From a virus, in the IMG/VR virus record IMGVR_UViG_3300047444_000783, positions 32,001-96,000 of that record: DNA of 64,000 nucleotides. One strand, given 5' to 3'. Below the pieces are notes generated by a model that saw nothing but the letters and a program-made list of their open reading frames with translations, searched no databases and was not told the DNA's origin. The stretch's first letter is position 1. Every line of letters starts with the position of its first letter. This document shows positions 63,405 through 64,000 of the stretch, in pieces. The translations under genes and the position numbers were made by a program.

Positions 63405-63946
63405 TTACGCGATCGCTCAAGCTGGGGCGCCGGGAACACGAGAGTCAGGCCGAGTGGCGGGAGGCCGCTTACTCCGATGACGAGATCTACCGGTACCGCC
63501 TGGATATAACGTTCGACCCGGAAAATCCACGGACGCTCGTGACGATCGGCCTCAACCCGTCGACCGCGACCGAGAACAAAGACGATCCGACGATCCGCGT
63601 ATGCAAGCGCATGGCAAAGGATCTGGACTGCGGGACCTACCGGATGCTCAACGCCTTCGCCTTCCGGTCGACCGACTACAAGGCGCTGTTCCGGAACCCG
63701 GATCCGATCGGGCCGGAGAATACCCTCGAGTACCTGCGATACTGGTGTGACGGCGCGACCGTCGTCGCCTGCTGGGGCGCTCACATTACTGAGCGGCCAT
63801 GGCGCCACTTCTACCGCGGGAGAGAGATCGCTGCGGCGATTCCAAACCTCCAGGCGTTGAAGGTTACGCAGAGCGGCCACCCGCATCATCCGCTTTATCT
63901 TCCGGTCGACATCCGCCTCCAGCCATTCGCTTATGCTATCGATTGA
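63401..63946 (+). CDS. DUF1643 family protein
   Basis: YRYRL, IGLNPSTA...DDPTIR, N.FA.RST, GPEN, CWG, P.HPLY. Confidence 0.9.
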   Translation: MITRSLKLGRREHESQAEWREAAYSDDEIYRYRLDITFDPENPRTLVTIGLNPSTATENKDDPTIRVCKRMAKDLDCGTYRMLNAFAFRSTDYKALFRNPDPIGPENTLEYLRYWCDGATVVACWGAHITERPWRHFYRGREIAAAIPNLQALKVTQSGHPHHPLYLPVDIRLQPFAYAID

Positions 63947-63980
63947 CCAGTCTGTCAGTATGAGAAACAGAGGTAGCACA

Positions 63981-64000
63981 ATGCGCGCGATCGTGACCGG
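63981..64000 (+). CDS. 5' fragment of next gene (MRAIVTG...)
   Basis: GAGG SD then ATG; truncated by the window. Confidence 0.45.

Noticed and set aside
63365-63979. Minus-strand 204-aa ORF
   Set aside because: Antisense to the clear DUF1643 gene.
1-64000. tRNA/rRNA genes, integrase, endolysin, IS elements
   Set aside because: None recognised by eye; lifestyle and host cannot be assigned from this window.

Overview
This window is the morphogenesis arm of a large, GC-rich tailed dsDNA phage or prophage, with almost all genes on the minus strand. The layout is podovirus-like: no tape measure or tail tube, but a nozzle, ring adaptors, tailspikes and ejection proteins. In transcription order (right to left) it holds: a small divergent early-type block (DUF1643 etc.); RRM and HTH proteins; probable TerS, TerL and portal; a ~14 kb inserted fibre/glycosylation module; scaffold, major capsid and decoration proteins; a ~10.7 kb glycan-biosynthesis cluster; three adaptor/ring proteins; three tailspikes sharing an N-terminal anchor; the nozzle; a GNAT; two ejection proteins; and a giant DarB-like polyvalent protein (>2740 aa) that runs off the left edge and is missing from the ORF track. 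Five observations stand out. (1) A candidate phage glycoprotein system: 7 glycosyltransferase domains, DegT, GNAT and 3 methyltransferase domains, plus a Ser-periodic coiled-coil fibre encoded near a Maf-like transferase. (2) Two virion-type proteins with Sec-like signal peptides. (3) A candidate post-transcriptional control layer: a promoter- and terminator-bounded ~85-nt sRNA with a 10-nt seed complementary to the non-canonical terL start, a non-ATG portal start, structured scaffold/capsid leaders and a phage RRM protein. (4) A circularly permuted histidine-phosphatase domain inside the giant protein. (5) A nested out-of-frame gene inside the same protein. All family calls come from motif recognition by eye; no database searches were run.
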